From the IMG/VR virus record IMGVR_UViG_3300036773_000053, positions 1-44,018 of that record: 44,018 bases of DNA. One strand, 5' to 3'. Below, piece after piece: positions 16,736 to 25,241 of the stretch. The stretch's first letter is position 1. Every line of letters begins with the position of its first letter. The stretch comes from a virus. Lineage: Duplodnaviria > Caudoviricetes. Under the pieces are notes generated by a model, which did not search any database, was not told where the DNA came from, and saw only the letters and a list, made by a program, of their open reading frames with translations. The position numbers and the translations under genes were made by a program.

Positions 16736-17290
16736 ATGGCGTCGGTGGATGAGTTCTTTCGAGTCTCGGTCGAAGGTATCCCGCAACGCGAAACGGCGGT
16801 GACGTTCGTGGCGCATTTCGCCAGCTACTTCCCTGGCGAGGTCGCGGCGTTCACCCCGGAGGAAGCGCAGGAGCTTGCCGATCGCGGCGTGATCGAGGTC
16901 GCCCCGCCACCGACGCCAACGGCGGCATTCCTGACCGGCGGCACCGTCGCCGACCCGGCCACGCTGCTGACCGCGCTGGAGGCCGTCGCCGATGGCTCGT
17001 TTAGAATCGCCATCAACACCGTGGTGCAGAACACCACGCAAACCGACTTTGCAGGTTCGAACAATCTGGCGCTGGTTGCCGCGCTTATCACGTCATCACT
17101 CGGCGGCAACACCGTCGCGCGTTGCACGTGGAATGCCGTGGGCAGCCGTTTCACGATCACCACCGCCGCAACCGGCACCGCTGCCACCATCGGTTACGCC
17201 AGCGCACCGCCATCGGGGACCGACATTTCCGACGCCTGCGCACTGTCACAGGCCAGCGGCGCAACCCTCACGCAAGGCACAGCAGGATGA
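16736..17290 (+). CDS. Capsid-associated paralogue 2 with C-terminal beta domain
   Basis: VTFVAHFASYFPGEVAAFTPEEAQELADRGVI; GGAGG RBS. Confidence 0.75.
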   Translation: MASVDEFFRVSVEGIPQRETAVTFVAHFASYFPGEVAAFTPEEAQELADRGVIEVAPPPTPTAAFLTGGTVADPATLLTALEAVADGSFRIAINTVVQNTTQTDFAGSNNLALVAALITSSLGGNTVARCTWNAVGSRFTITTAATGTAATIGYASAPPSGTDISDACALSQASGATLTQGTAG

Positions 17291-17835
17291 ACGAGGACGC
17301 GTTGCCGGTGGGGAACCTGTCGGTCGAGGGGATTCCGCAACGCAATGAGATTGTGACCTTTATCAAGCAGTGGTTCAGCTACTGGCCTGGGGAGGTCGCG
17401 GCCTTCACTGTCGAGGAAGCAGACTGGCTTTTTGAGCTCGGGGTGATCGCGTCGCCAAAGGTCCCGACGCCGGGGGTGATGCACAGCGGCGCGATTACCG
17501 ACGTGCCAGGACTTTTGGCGACGGTGAGCGTGATGACTGATGGCGGTTGGGGACAAGGTTTCCTCGGCAACAATAACTGGCAGCAAGGGCCGAGCGACCT
17601 GACGGGGGTCAGCACGATTGCGCAACTCGCCTCCACGATGACGACGATGCTGCAAGGCCGCGCAACCTGTGCGTGGGATGCCGGCCTCACTCAGTTGGTG
17701 ATCACGACCACCAACACCGGAGCAACCGCCACCATCGGATTCGGCAACGCGCCAACGGTCGGCACCGACATGTCGGGGCCTTGCAGGCTTCGGAGCGGCG
17801 GCGGCGCAAACATTGAACATGGGACAGACGGATGA
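17287..17835 (+). CDS. Capsid-associated paralogue 3 with C-terminal beta domain
   Basis: ATGA overlap; SVEGIPQRNEIVTFIKQWFSYWPGEVAAFTVEEADWLFELGVI; colinear with 16736-17290. Confidence 0.75.
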   Translation: MNEDALPVGNLSVEGIPQRNEIVTFIKQWFSYWPGEVAAFTVEEADWLFELGVIASPKVPTPGVMHSGAITDVPGLLATVSVMTDGGWGQGFLGNNNWQQGPSDLTGVSTIAQLASTMTTMLQGRATCAWDAGLTQLVITTTNTGATATIGFGNAPTVGTDMSGPCRLRSGGGANIEHGTDG

Positions 17836-18068
17836 GCGACTTCAGCATGGTTCCCGGCACGCTGGTCCAGATGCGGATCGCGCGCCGCTTTGCCCACTAC
17901 ACGATTGGCGATGTCATCGCCGTGCCGATGGATCAGGCACAGGACCTCGCCATGCGCCGCCTCGCGCAACCGCTGGCGATCATGGTGCCGACCAAGGCGG
18001 ATGAGGCGTCAGCAGAGTCCAAGCCGGCCGATCCGATCCGTCAGCCGGCCCAGGTGGTGCGCAAGTAA
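17832..18068 (+). CDS. Capsid-associated paralogue 4
   Basis: MRIARRFAHYTIGDVIAVPMDQAQDLAMRRLA. Confidence 0.7.
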   Translation: MSDFSMVPGTLVQMRIARRFAHYTIGDVIAVPMDQAQDLAMRRLAQPLAIMVPTKADEASAESKPADPIRQPAQVVRK

Positions 18069-18072
18069 CGCG

Positions 18073-18705
18073 ATGTATGGCGCCTTGCGTGTTCTTACCC
18101 CGCCGGCAACCGAGCCGGTGACGCTCGATCAGGCGAAGCGCCATTGCCGGATCGACAACGACTATGACGACGATCTGGTATCGATGTATCTGACCAGCGC
18201 GCGGATGTGGGCCGAGACGTTCCTCAATCGCGCGCTGTTCACCCAGCAATTGCAATACAACATCACATGGTCACCGCCGCCGACCGCGACGCCGCTGGTG
18301 CCGCAATCGCTGATCGTGTTTCCGCTCAACTGGCCGCCCCTGGTCAAGCGCCCGATCGAGCTACCGCGCCCGCCGACAATCTCGGTCGAGGGCATCACCT
18401 GGGGGCCGATCGATGACATGCAGGCGGCGGACCCGACCGATTACGATCTCAACCTGTTGGTCGAGCCTGGCTACATCGCGGTCAAGCCGCAGCTTCTGCC
18501 GCGCATCCCGCAACAGTCCATGTCGATCAACTACACCTCGGGTTATAGCGCGGCGGACCCGACCGTGATCCCGACGCCGATCCTCCACGGTATCCTGCTG
18601 TTGACCGCATATCTCTACGAACAGCGCGGCGATGCAGGGGGCGAAATGCCGCCCGCCGCGCGCGCGATTATGCAGCCGTGGCGACTCTGGACGTTTGCCG
18701 GATAG
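18073..18705 (+). CDS. Head-tail connector (gp6-like)
   Basis: PPATEPVTLDQAKRHCRID...LLLTAYLYEQR. Confidence 0.9.
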   Translation: MYGALRVLTPPATEPVTLDQAKRHCRIDNDYDDDLVSMYLTSARMWAETFLNRALFTQQLQYNITWSPPPTATPLVPQSLIVFPLNWPPLVKRPIELPRPPTISVEGITWGPIDDMQAADPTDYDLNLLVEPGYIAVKPQLLPRIPQQSMSINYTSGYSAADPTVIPTPILHGILLLTAYLYEQRGDAGGEMPPAARAIMQPWRLWTFAG

Positions 18706-18715
18706 GAGCCGCGCC

Positions 18716-18889
18716 ATGTCCCCGCTATTGCTAATCCTGATAATCGTGTTGGTGCTGCTGCTTTTCGGTGGCGGCTACGGCTACCGCACGGGTTACTATG
18801 GCGGCGCCGCATATCCGTTCTACGGCGGCGGGCTGCTCGCCATCGTGCTGGTCGTGCTGATCGTGCTGTTGCTGATGGGCCGCCTGTGA
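18716..18889 (+). CDS. DUF3309-like small Gly/Tyr-rich membrane protein
   Basis: AGGAG RBS; LLILIIVLVLLLFGGGYGY...GGGLLAIVLVVLIVLLLMGRL. Confidence 0.75.
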   Translation: MSPLLLILIIVLVLLLFGGGYGYRTGYYGGAAYPFYGGGLLAIVLVVLIVLLLMGRL

Positions 18890-19336
18890 GTGCCTGACAA
18901 CCCCTCGGGGCAACTGCCCGCCAGTTCTGGGATTGGCTCGCTGAAATGGCTGGTGACGCTGTATCGCCGCGACCAAGCGCCAGCCGATGACATGGCGTTG
19001 CAGGAAACGTTGGTGGCCATCGCCACCGTGCACGCCGACATTCAACCGACATACGCCAGCACGTTCTATCAATCGACGCAGGTCGATACCCCGATCACGC
19101 ACATGATCAACGTTCGGTGGTTCGACTATCCCTCGACCATCGATGTCGTGATCCGCAGCACGTTCCGACCGGACGGCACGCAGCGCACTGAACTCTACCG
19201 GGTGCGCCGGACGAAAGAGGTCGGCGGGCGCAAGCGCTTCCTGCAAATGGAATGCGAACTTGAGCACAGCAAGACGACGCCGGATGACAGCGACGCGACG
19301 CGCAACGCCGAACTGACGGAACCCTACACGCCATGA
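18890..19336 (+). CDS. Head-closure / head-tail adaptor protein
   Basis: IGSLKWLVTL...VHADIQP...THMINVR...FLQMECE; synteny. Confidence 0.75.
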   Translation: MPDNPSGQLPASSGIGSLKWLVTLYRRDQAPADDMALQETLVAIATVHADIQPTYASTFYQSTQVDTPITHMINVRWFDYPSTIDVVIRSTFRPDGTQRTELYRVRRTKEVGGRKRFLQMECELEHSKTTPDDSDATRNAELTEPYTP

Positions 19337-19578
19337 CGCTCTATGCGATCTACGCCACGCCAGCGCCCGGTCGTGAAGTGCGCTATCCGCCCACGGCGCG
19401 ACTGATGCCAGACGAAGGCATGAACGTGCCTGACGATGACCTATTCTGGGCGCGCCGCATCCGTGATGGCGATGTGCTGGTGGAAGTCCGCTGGGACAAT
19501 TACTGGCCACCAACGGATGGCGGGGCGGACTGGGATGACGGCGCCACCGATTGGGACAATTTCGCCGCCCTCCCATGA
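19333..19578 (+). CDS. DUF2635 (Mu gp38-like) protein, copy 1
   Basis: PAPGREVRYP...MPDEG...FWARRIRDGDV. Confidence 0.75.
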   Translation: MTLYAIYATPAPGREVRYPPTARLMPDEGMNVPDDDLFWARRIRDGDVLVEVRWDNYWPPTDGGADWDDGATDWDNFAALP

Positions 19579-20126
19579 GCGACCTCAAGCTGACGGTGAC
19601 AAGCTGGGGTGAGGTGGCGATGGACCTCAAGCCCATGCGCGCGCTGATGCGCGCCGCCGGCAACGACGTGCGCAGCAAGACGGCCCGGCTGATCAATCAG
19701 GGCCAAGGCGGCGGCCGGAACTATCCCGCGCATGGCGCGACGCAATACCGACCCGCCGCACCAGCCTACCGCGCGAGCGCGCCAGGACAGCCGCCAGCCG
19801 CGCCGACGCGCACGTTGCGCGGCTCGCTCAAGACTTACGTTTACAAGAGCGGCGAGGGCTTCGCCGTCCGCGCGCGTCAGTTCTATGCGCTGTTCCTTGA
19901 GGCTGGCGCCAAGGGCGGTGGCAACCGGTTCGGGGGGCGCCCCAAGGCCGCCGCCGCGTGGCGGGCTACCGGACGCCGGCACCGTGCCCGAGGCCGCTAT
20001 ACGACGCGCGTGCTGGAGCCGCGCCCGTTCCTCGATCGCGTAATGGACCAAGAGGCCCCGAACATTACGCGCCGCTTGCGCGAGGCGTTCGCCGAATCGC
20101 TGACGTGGAAACAGACCACCAAGTGA
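19575..20126 (+). CDS. HK97 gp10-like neck/tail component
   Basis: ASAPGQPPA...TLRGSL...YALFLEAG...LEPRPFL. Confidence 0.8.
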   Translation: MSDLKLTVTSWGEVAMDLKPMRALMRAAGNDVRSKTARLINQGQGGGRNYPAHGATQYRPAAPAYRASAPGQPPAAPTRTLRGSLKTYVYKSGEGFAVRARQFYALFLEAGAKGGGNRFGGRPKAAAAWRATGRRHRARGRYTTRVLEPRPFLDRVMDQEAPNITRRLREAFAESLTWKQTTK

Positions 20127-20752
20127 TCGTCGAGACGTTCATTGCCCAGCTACGCGCCAACGCGCCGATATTCGCCGGCCGGATCGCGGGCGCCGCCGAG
20201 TTCTATGCGGGCCTCAAGAATTACACGACCTCGCTCGCGCTGCCCGCTGCCTACGTGATGCCGCTCGGCCAGGACGCCGACGCTAACCCGGTCATGAACG
20301 GGCTGATCCAGATCGTTCATAAGTCGATCGGCATCGCGGTGGAACTCGACGCGCAGACCGATCGGCGCGGACAGGCGCCGGTGATGCAGTTTGACGTGAT
20401 CGAGGCGCAGCTATTCGCCTCGGTGCTCAACCTGATCATCGATGACGCCAACGGGTGTCCGCGCATGTCGCGGGGCTGTTATTTCCAGGGCGCGCGATAC
20501 CTCGACCTCGACCGCGCGCGGCTGTTCTACCAGTGGGAGTTCGGCCTCGATTGGCAGATCAGCGACGCCGACGGTGTGCAGCCGCAATCGGTGCCGCTCG
20601 CCGCGATCGAAGTGGACATCTTCAAGGCGCCCGTCACGGCCGGCGATGAGCCAGCCGCTGTCGTGCACATCCCGACAGGTGAGCCGCCTTATCCGCCCGC
20701 AACTGACGGCCCGTGGCCCGATCCATCGCAAGAGGACACGCAGCATGGTTAG
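20123..20752 (+). CDS. Tail terminator/completion protein
   Basis: GTGA overlap; FAGRIAGAAEF...LPAAYVMP...RARLFYQWEF; synteny. Confidence 0.75.
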   Translation: MIVETFIAQLRANAPIFAGRIAGAAEFYAGLKNYTTSLALPAAYVMPLGQDADANPVMNGLIQIVHKSIGIAVELDAQTDRRGQAPVMQFDVIEAQLFASVLNLIIDDANGCPRMSRGCYFQGARYLDLDRARLFYQWEFGLDWQISDADGVQPQSVPLAAIEVDIFKAPVTAGDEPAAVVHIPTGEPPYPPATDGPWPDPSQEDTQHG

Positions 20753-20850
20753 TGCAATCGACGCCACCAAGCCGACGGCGACGCACGCCTATACCGCCGA
20801 CGTGCGCGCGAATTTCGCCGCAGCGAAAAGCGAGATCGAGGCGCTGCAAC
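20744..20850 (+). repeat. 107-bp exact direct repeat (copy 2 at 22916-23022)
   Basis: Identical DNA encoding MVSAIDATKPTATHAYTADVRANFAAAKSEIEALQ in both fibre genes. Confidence 0.92.
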
Positions 20851-22898
20851 AAAGCACGACGGGTGGTCCGTTCCTGCCGATTGCCGGCGTCACGCCAATG
20901 ACCGGGCCGCTATTGCTTGCAGCCGACCCGACGCTTCCGCTCGGTGCGCTCACAAAGCAGTATATCGATCGCTTCGGCGGTTTTGTCGATGTGCTGGCTG
21001 ATCCGCTCGGAGCGTGGAATCAGCCGGGCGCCGTTACGCGCAACACTATGTTCGGGGTTGGCGCGGGCGTTCGACTTGATACCACCGCTCTGGGATGGAA
21101 CACCTTCATCGGCCATCAGGCCGGGAATGCAATGATCGGCAGTTCCGGGACCACACCGACCACAACCGAGAACGTGATGATCGGCACGCTCTCGGGAGCC
21201 AATCAGCCCTCGGGCGATTTCAACACCTACCTCGGCAACGTGACGGGATGGGGCTGTAACTACGACAGCGACAACTGCACGTATCTGGGGATGGATGTCT
21301 TCAGAGGCTCGCCTGAGTTTTCTAAAGTCACGACCGCAACTGTTGTTGCGGGAGGAACCGGCGGAACTCCCGGTCCCGTAACTATTACCGGCACATCAGG
21401 GGTAGCGGGAACGAAGTGGCAAGGCACAGCGACGATCAGCGCCGGAGGGGCACTGACAGGCCCTGTCACAATCACGGTTCCTGGCGGCTATTCAACGGTG
21501 CCTACTGCCACTGATCCGGTGACAGGCGGCGGGTTGACCGGCGCCACTTGCGCGGTAGCGACATCACTGGGGATTTGGAACGGCGGCAGCAATAACACCG
21601 GCGTCGGCGCCCGTGTCATGCGTAATGGTAATTACGAACAGTGCTGCACGCTCGGTGCGTTCACGATGCAGTATCAGAACGCCACGGGCGCGTTGGTCAC
21701 GATCAACAATTGTATAGCCATCGGGTATGGCTCGATGACGGGTGATCCGACCGCGCTCGGCACGATCGCCAATTGTGTTTCGGTGGGCTGGTTTACCGGG
21801 GCAAATCTTGGCAAAGGCATGGCGTCGGCTGCCACCGTCCAGGGCAACGTGTTCATTGGCACGGCGGCGGGACGCTATGTCCAAAGCGGCAATTACAACA
21901 CGTTGGTGGGCTATAACTCGGGGGCCAGCCCATCGATGGCCGCGACCGCGTTCGCAACCTGCGTCGGTGCCAATACCGGCGCGCTCCTTACGACCGGCAA
22001 CCAATTGACCGCAGTCGGGTTCAATGCCGCCAGCAAAGTAACCACCGGCAACGCCAACACGCTCTTTGGCTATCAGGCGGGTCTCGCTCTTACCACCGGG
22101 TCATTCAACCACATTTTTGGCAATTCCGCTGGCGGGGCGCTGATCGGCGGCAACCGCAACACGCTGATCGGTCATCTGGCTGCATCGACCAATCTGACCA
22201 CCGGCTCGGATAATATCATTATCGGCTATGGTCTCGACACAGTGGCCGCCGCCACCGGATCAACGATCAACATAGGCAACACGTTCCTAGCGACGGTTGC
22301 TGGTGGACCCACGTCAAATGCTCGCATTGAACTGGCCGGCCTCAGCGTTGCATTCTTCAACAGCCTGTTCACCAGCACCGCGCAAGGTATCTCAATCGAT
22401 GTGCCAAACCAACTGGTCACAGCGATCGCCGTGGCCGCCGGGGGAACCGGATATCTGGCCAACGATACGCTGAACGACGCCAGCGGCGGGCGCTACAGCG
22501 TCACCTCCGTGTCGGGCGGCGCCGTCACGGGACTGTCGATCATCAAGCCGGGGGTCACGAATGCGCCACCTGTCAATCCGGTGACGCTGACCAACGGAAG
22601 CAAGACCACGGCATCCAATCAAGCCGGCACAGGATGCACAGCAACCCTGACGTGGAGTGCTAACAAGGCGTTGCAACTCAACGCGTCGGCAAATGATGTG
22701 CTGGTGGGCAGCGGCACGACCTCGAATGCCGCCACGGTCGGGTTCCTTGGCCTCCCGGCCTCACCGGGTGTGCCGACCGGGACACCGCTCAACGCGGCCT
22801 TACAACCCCTCGTCAAATACAACAGCGGCACCGATACGGTGAATATCTTTGCAAACGGTGCATGGCGTCACATCGCCACATTACCAGGAGCAGCATGA
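20745..22898 (+). CDS. Beta-helix/beta-roll fibre or neck appendage protein 1
   Basis: GAGGA RBS, ATG 20745; many N-T-x-x-G-x-x-A-G repeats. Confidence 0.8.
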   Translation: MVSAIDATKPTATHAYTADVRANFAAAKSEIEALQQSTTGGPFLPIAGVTPMTGPLLLAADPTLPLGALTKQYIDRFGGFVDVLADPLGAWNQPGAVTRNTMFGVGAGVRLDTTALGWNTFIGHQAGNAMIGSSGTTPTTTENVMIGTLSGANQPSGDFNTYLGNVTGWGCNYDSDNCTYLGMDVFRGSPEFSKVTTATVVAGGTGGTPGPVTITGTSGVAGTKWQGTATISAGGALTGPVTITVPGGYSTVPTATDPVTGGGLTGATCAVATSLGIWNGGSNNTGVGARVMRNGNYEQCCTLGAFTMQYQNATGALVTINNCIAIGYGSMTGDPTALGTIANCVSVGWFTGANLGKGMASAATVQGNVFIGTAAGRYVQSGNYNTLVGYNSGASPSMAATAFATCVGANTGALLTTGNQLTAVGFNAASKVTTGNANTLFGYQAGLALTTGSFNHIFGNSAGGALIGGNRNTLIGHLAASTNLTTGSDNIIIGYGLDTVAAATGSTINIGNTFLATVAGGPTSNARIELAGLSVAFFNSLFTSTAQGISIDVPNQLVTAIAVAAGGTGYLANDTLNDASGGRYSVTSVSGGAVTGLSIIKPGVTNAPPVNPVTLTNGSKTTASNQAGTGCTATLTWSANKALQLNASANDVLVGSGTTSNAATVGFLGLPASPGVPTGTPLNAALQPLVKYNSGTDTVNIFANGAWRHIATLPGAA

Positions 22899-22916
22899 TG
22901 GATCGGGAAAACGCAC

Positions 22917-24830
22917 ATGGTTAGTGCAATCGACGCCACCAAGCCGACGGCGACGCACGCCTATACCGCCGACGTGCGCGCGAATTTCGCCGCAGCGAAA
23001 AGCGAGATCGAGGCGCTGCAACCTGCCGCGATCGGCAGCCCGTTCCTCCCGATCGCGGGCGGCACGTCAATGGCGGGCCTATTTGCTCTATTCGCCGATC
23101 CGGCATTGCCCCTACATCCTGTCACCAAGCAGTATTTCGATGCGTCAATTGCAGTTCACGGCGTCGTCGTTGATAAGAACGTCGATCCACTCGGCATCTA
23201 CAATCAGCCGGCCCGCGTCACTTCAAATACGCTCGCGGGCGCGGGCGCTGGCGCCAGACTGACGACGACCACACGAAACCAATACAACACGCTGTTCGGT
23301 TACTTCGCCGGCAACATGCTCACCGATGGCAGCAGCGCAGAGAACACATTCGTCGGCTACGCCGCTGGTATGAATTTGCCGAGCGGGAACTTCAATACAT
23401 GGCTCGGCAATGGTGCGGGATGGGGCATTAACTACGACGCCTCATTGCAGACGTTCGTCGGTATGGACGTATTCCGTGGCACGCCGGAAAACGGGTCATG
23501 GAACAGCGGTGGGTCGAACACGGGTGTCGGCGCGCAAGTCTTTAGGAACGGCAATTTCAGCTTCAACGTGGCGATGGGCCTCGCCGCAATGCGCTATAAC
23601 AATCCCAGCGCCAATGCCTCCACCGTCCTCCCCACCGCAGGCTACAACGTGGCACTGGGTTATTCGGCGATGGGGGGCGATGCCACCGTGACCGGCACGC
23701 TCAATTTCAACGTCGCAGTCGGGTGGCAGTCGGGCAACCTGCTTGGTGTCGGCGGCGCCACGCTCGTGCAAGCCAACACGTTCATAGGTCATGCGACCGG
23801 GCAATACGCCAAGAATGTTTCGTATGATACTTTAATCGGTTACAACTGCGGCGGTAGCGCCAATATCGCAGGCAGCTTCCTGACGCTGGTAGGCGCACAG
23901 ACCGGCGAGAACCTCACGACCGCAACCCAGATAACAGGCGTCGGATTTCAGGTCGGCCGCAATATCACGACCGGCAACGCCAACGATCTGTTCGGTTATC
24001 AGGCCGGTCTGGGCCTGACCACCGGCACTCGAAACTCGATTTTCGGCGGATCGTCGGCGGTTAACCTTGTCAACGGCACTTTGAATACGATCATCGGTCC
24101 CCTTTGCGCGTCAACCATGCTGGTGTCGGGGAACAACAACATCCTGATTGGCTACGCGCTAGACACCCTCGCCGCCAACACCGGCTCGACGATCAACATC
24201 GGCAACGCATTCACCGCTACGAACGTCGGTGGTCCATCCAATGCCAGCGGACACATCACGCTGGCTGCTGCTGATGTGGCATTCGCCAATGGCCTGTTCT
24301 CGACCACTGCTTTGGGTGTGAGCCTGGACGTGCCAAATCAGATCGTCACAGCGATTGCCGTGGCGGCTGGTGGATCGGGCTACCTCGTCAATGATACGCT
24401 CAATGACGCGAACGGGGGCCGCTACAGCGTGGCTACGGTGTCAGGCGGAGCGGTGCAAACCCTGACCATCATCAAGCCCGGTGTCGCTGCATCGCCACCG
24501 ACCAATCCGGTGACGCTGACCAACGGCTCAAAGACGACTTCCAGCAATCAACTCGGCACGGGCTGCACGGTGACTCTGACGTGGAGCAGCAACAAGGCGC
24601 TGCTGCTCAATAAAAGTGCCAACGATGTGTTCGTGAGTTCCGGCGCCCTGGCTGCCGGTGCTGTCGTTGGCTTCCTCGGGCTGCCCGCCTGCACCGGCAC
24701 GCCAGCGGGCACACCGACGAATGCCGCCTCCGGGGCGCCGTTCCTGATCTACAACAAGACCACCAACAGCATAAACATCTACACCGGCGGCGGCTGGCAG
24801 CACGTCACGCTTACCGCAGGAGCAGCATGA
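22917..24830 (+). CDS. Beta-helix/beta-roll fibre or neck appendage protein 2 (paralogue)
   Basis: Colinear with 20745-22898 along its whole length. Confidence 0.8.
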   Translation: MVSAIDATKPTATHAYTADVRANFAAAKSEIEALQPAAIGSPFLPIAGGTSMAGLFALFADPALPLHPVTKQYFDASIAVHGVVVDKNVDPLGIYNQPARVTSNTLAGAGAGARLTTTTRNQYNTLFGYFAGNMLTDGSSAENTFVGYAAGMNLPSGNFNTWLGNGAGWGINYDASLQTFVGMDVFRGTPENGSWNSGGSNTGVGAQVFRNGNFSFNVAMGLAAMRYNNPSANASTVLPTAGYNVALGYSAMGGDATVTGTLNFNVAVGWQSGNLLGVGGATLVQANTFIGHATGQYAKNVSYDTLIGYNCGGSANIAGSFLTLVGAQTGENLTTATQITGVGFQVGRNITTGNANDLFGYQAGLGLTTGTRNSIFGGSSAVNLVNGTLNTIIGPLCASTMLVSGNNNILIGYALDTLAANTGSTINIGNAFTATNVGGPSNASGHITLAAADVAFANGLFSTTALGVSLDVPNQIVTAIAVAAGGSGYLVNDTLNDANGGRYSVATVSGGAVQTLTIIKPGVAASPPTNPVTLTNGSKTTSSNQLGTGCTVTLTWSSNKALLLNKSANDVFVSSGALAAGAVVGFLGLPACTGTPAGTPTNAASGAPFLIYNKTTNSINIYTGGGWQHVTLTAGAA

Positions 24831-25042
24831 TGGACATGTCGATGCCGCCGGTTGATCCCAACCGGCTGATGATGACGCGGCTACGGGCGACGGATTGGAA
24901 CGTCGTGCTTGCGGCGTTGAATGAAATGCCGCACCGGATCGCGCGCCCCATCATCGACAACCTCATGCAGCAACTGCGCCTGCAATCCGCGACATCGCCG
25001 GATGATGTCGAACGCGCGCTTGGCATGTCGCCCGAGACCTAA
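24827..25042 (+). CDS. Small fibre-associated (chaperone-like) protein
   Basis: ATGA overlap; DWNVVLAALNEMPHRIARPIIDNLMQQ. Confidence 0.6.
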   Translation: MMDMSMPPVDPNRLMMTRLRATDWNVVLAALNEMPHRIARPIIDNLMQQLRLQSATSPDDVERALGMSPET

Positions 25043-25070
25043 AATCCCCTCATCCAACGGAGGCTCACCG

Positions 25071-25238
25071 ATGAAAGTCGTCACCGCACCTGGGCGCGCT
25101 GTGCGTGATCCAGTGACCTTTATCCCGGTGCCGCCGGAAGGCCGCGACATCAACGAGCATGACCTCTATTGGGCGCGTCGCCTGCGCGACGGTGACGTGG
25201 TGCCAGCGCCGCCACCCGACCCCGAGAAGGAGACCTAA
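25071..25238 (+). CDS. DUF2635 (Mu gp38-like) protein, copy 2
   Basis: GGAGG RBS; MKVVTAPGRAVRDP...PPEG...YWARRLRDGDV, immediately before the sheath gene. Confidence 0.8.
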   Translation: MKVVTAPGRAVRDPVTFIPVPPEGRDINEHDLYWARRLRDGDVVPAPPPDPEKET

Positions 25239-25241
25239 CCG

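Noticed and set aside
20744-23022. Diversity-generating retroelement TR/VR pair or invertible fibre cassette
   Set aside because: The repeats are exact, direct and N-terminal, with no adenine-specific mismatches; no reverse transcriptase or invertase gene is present
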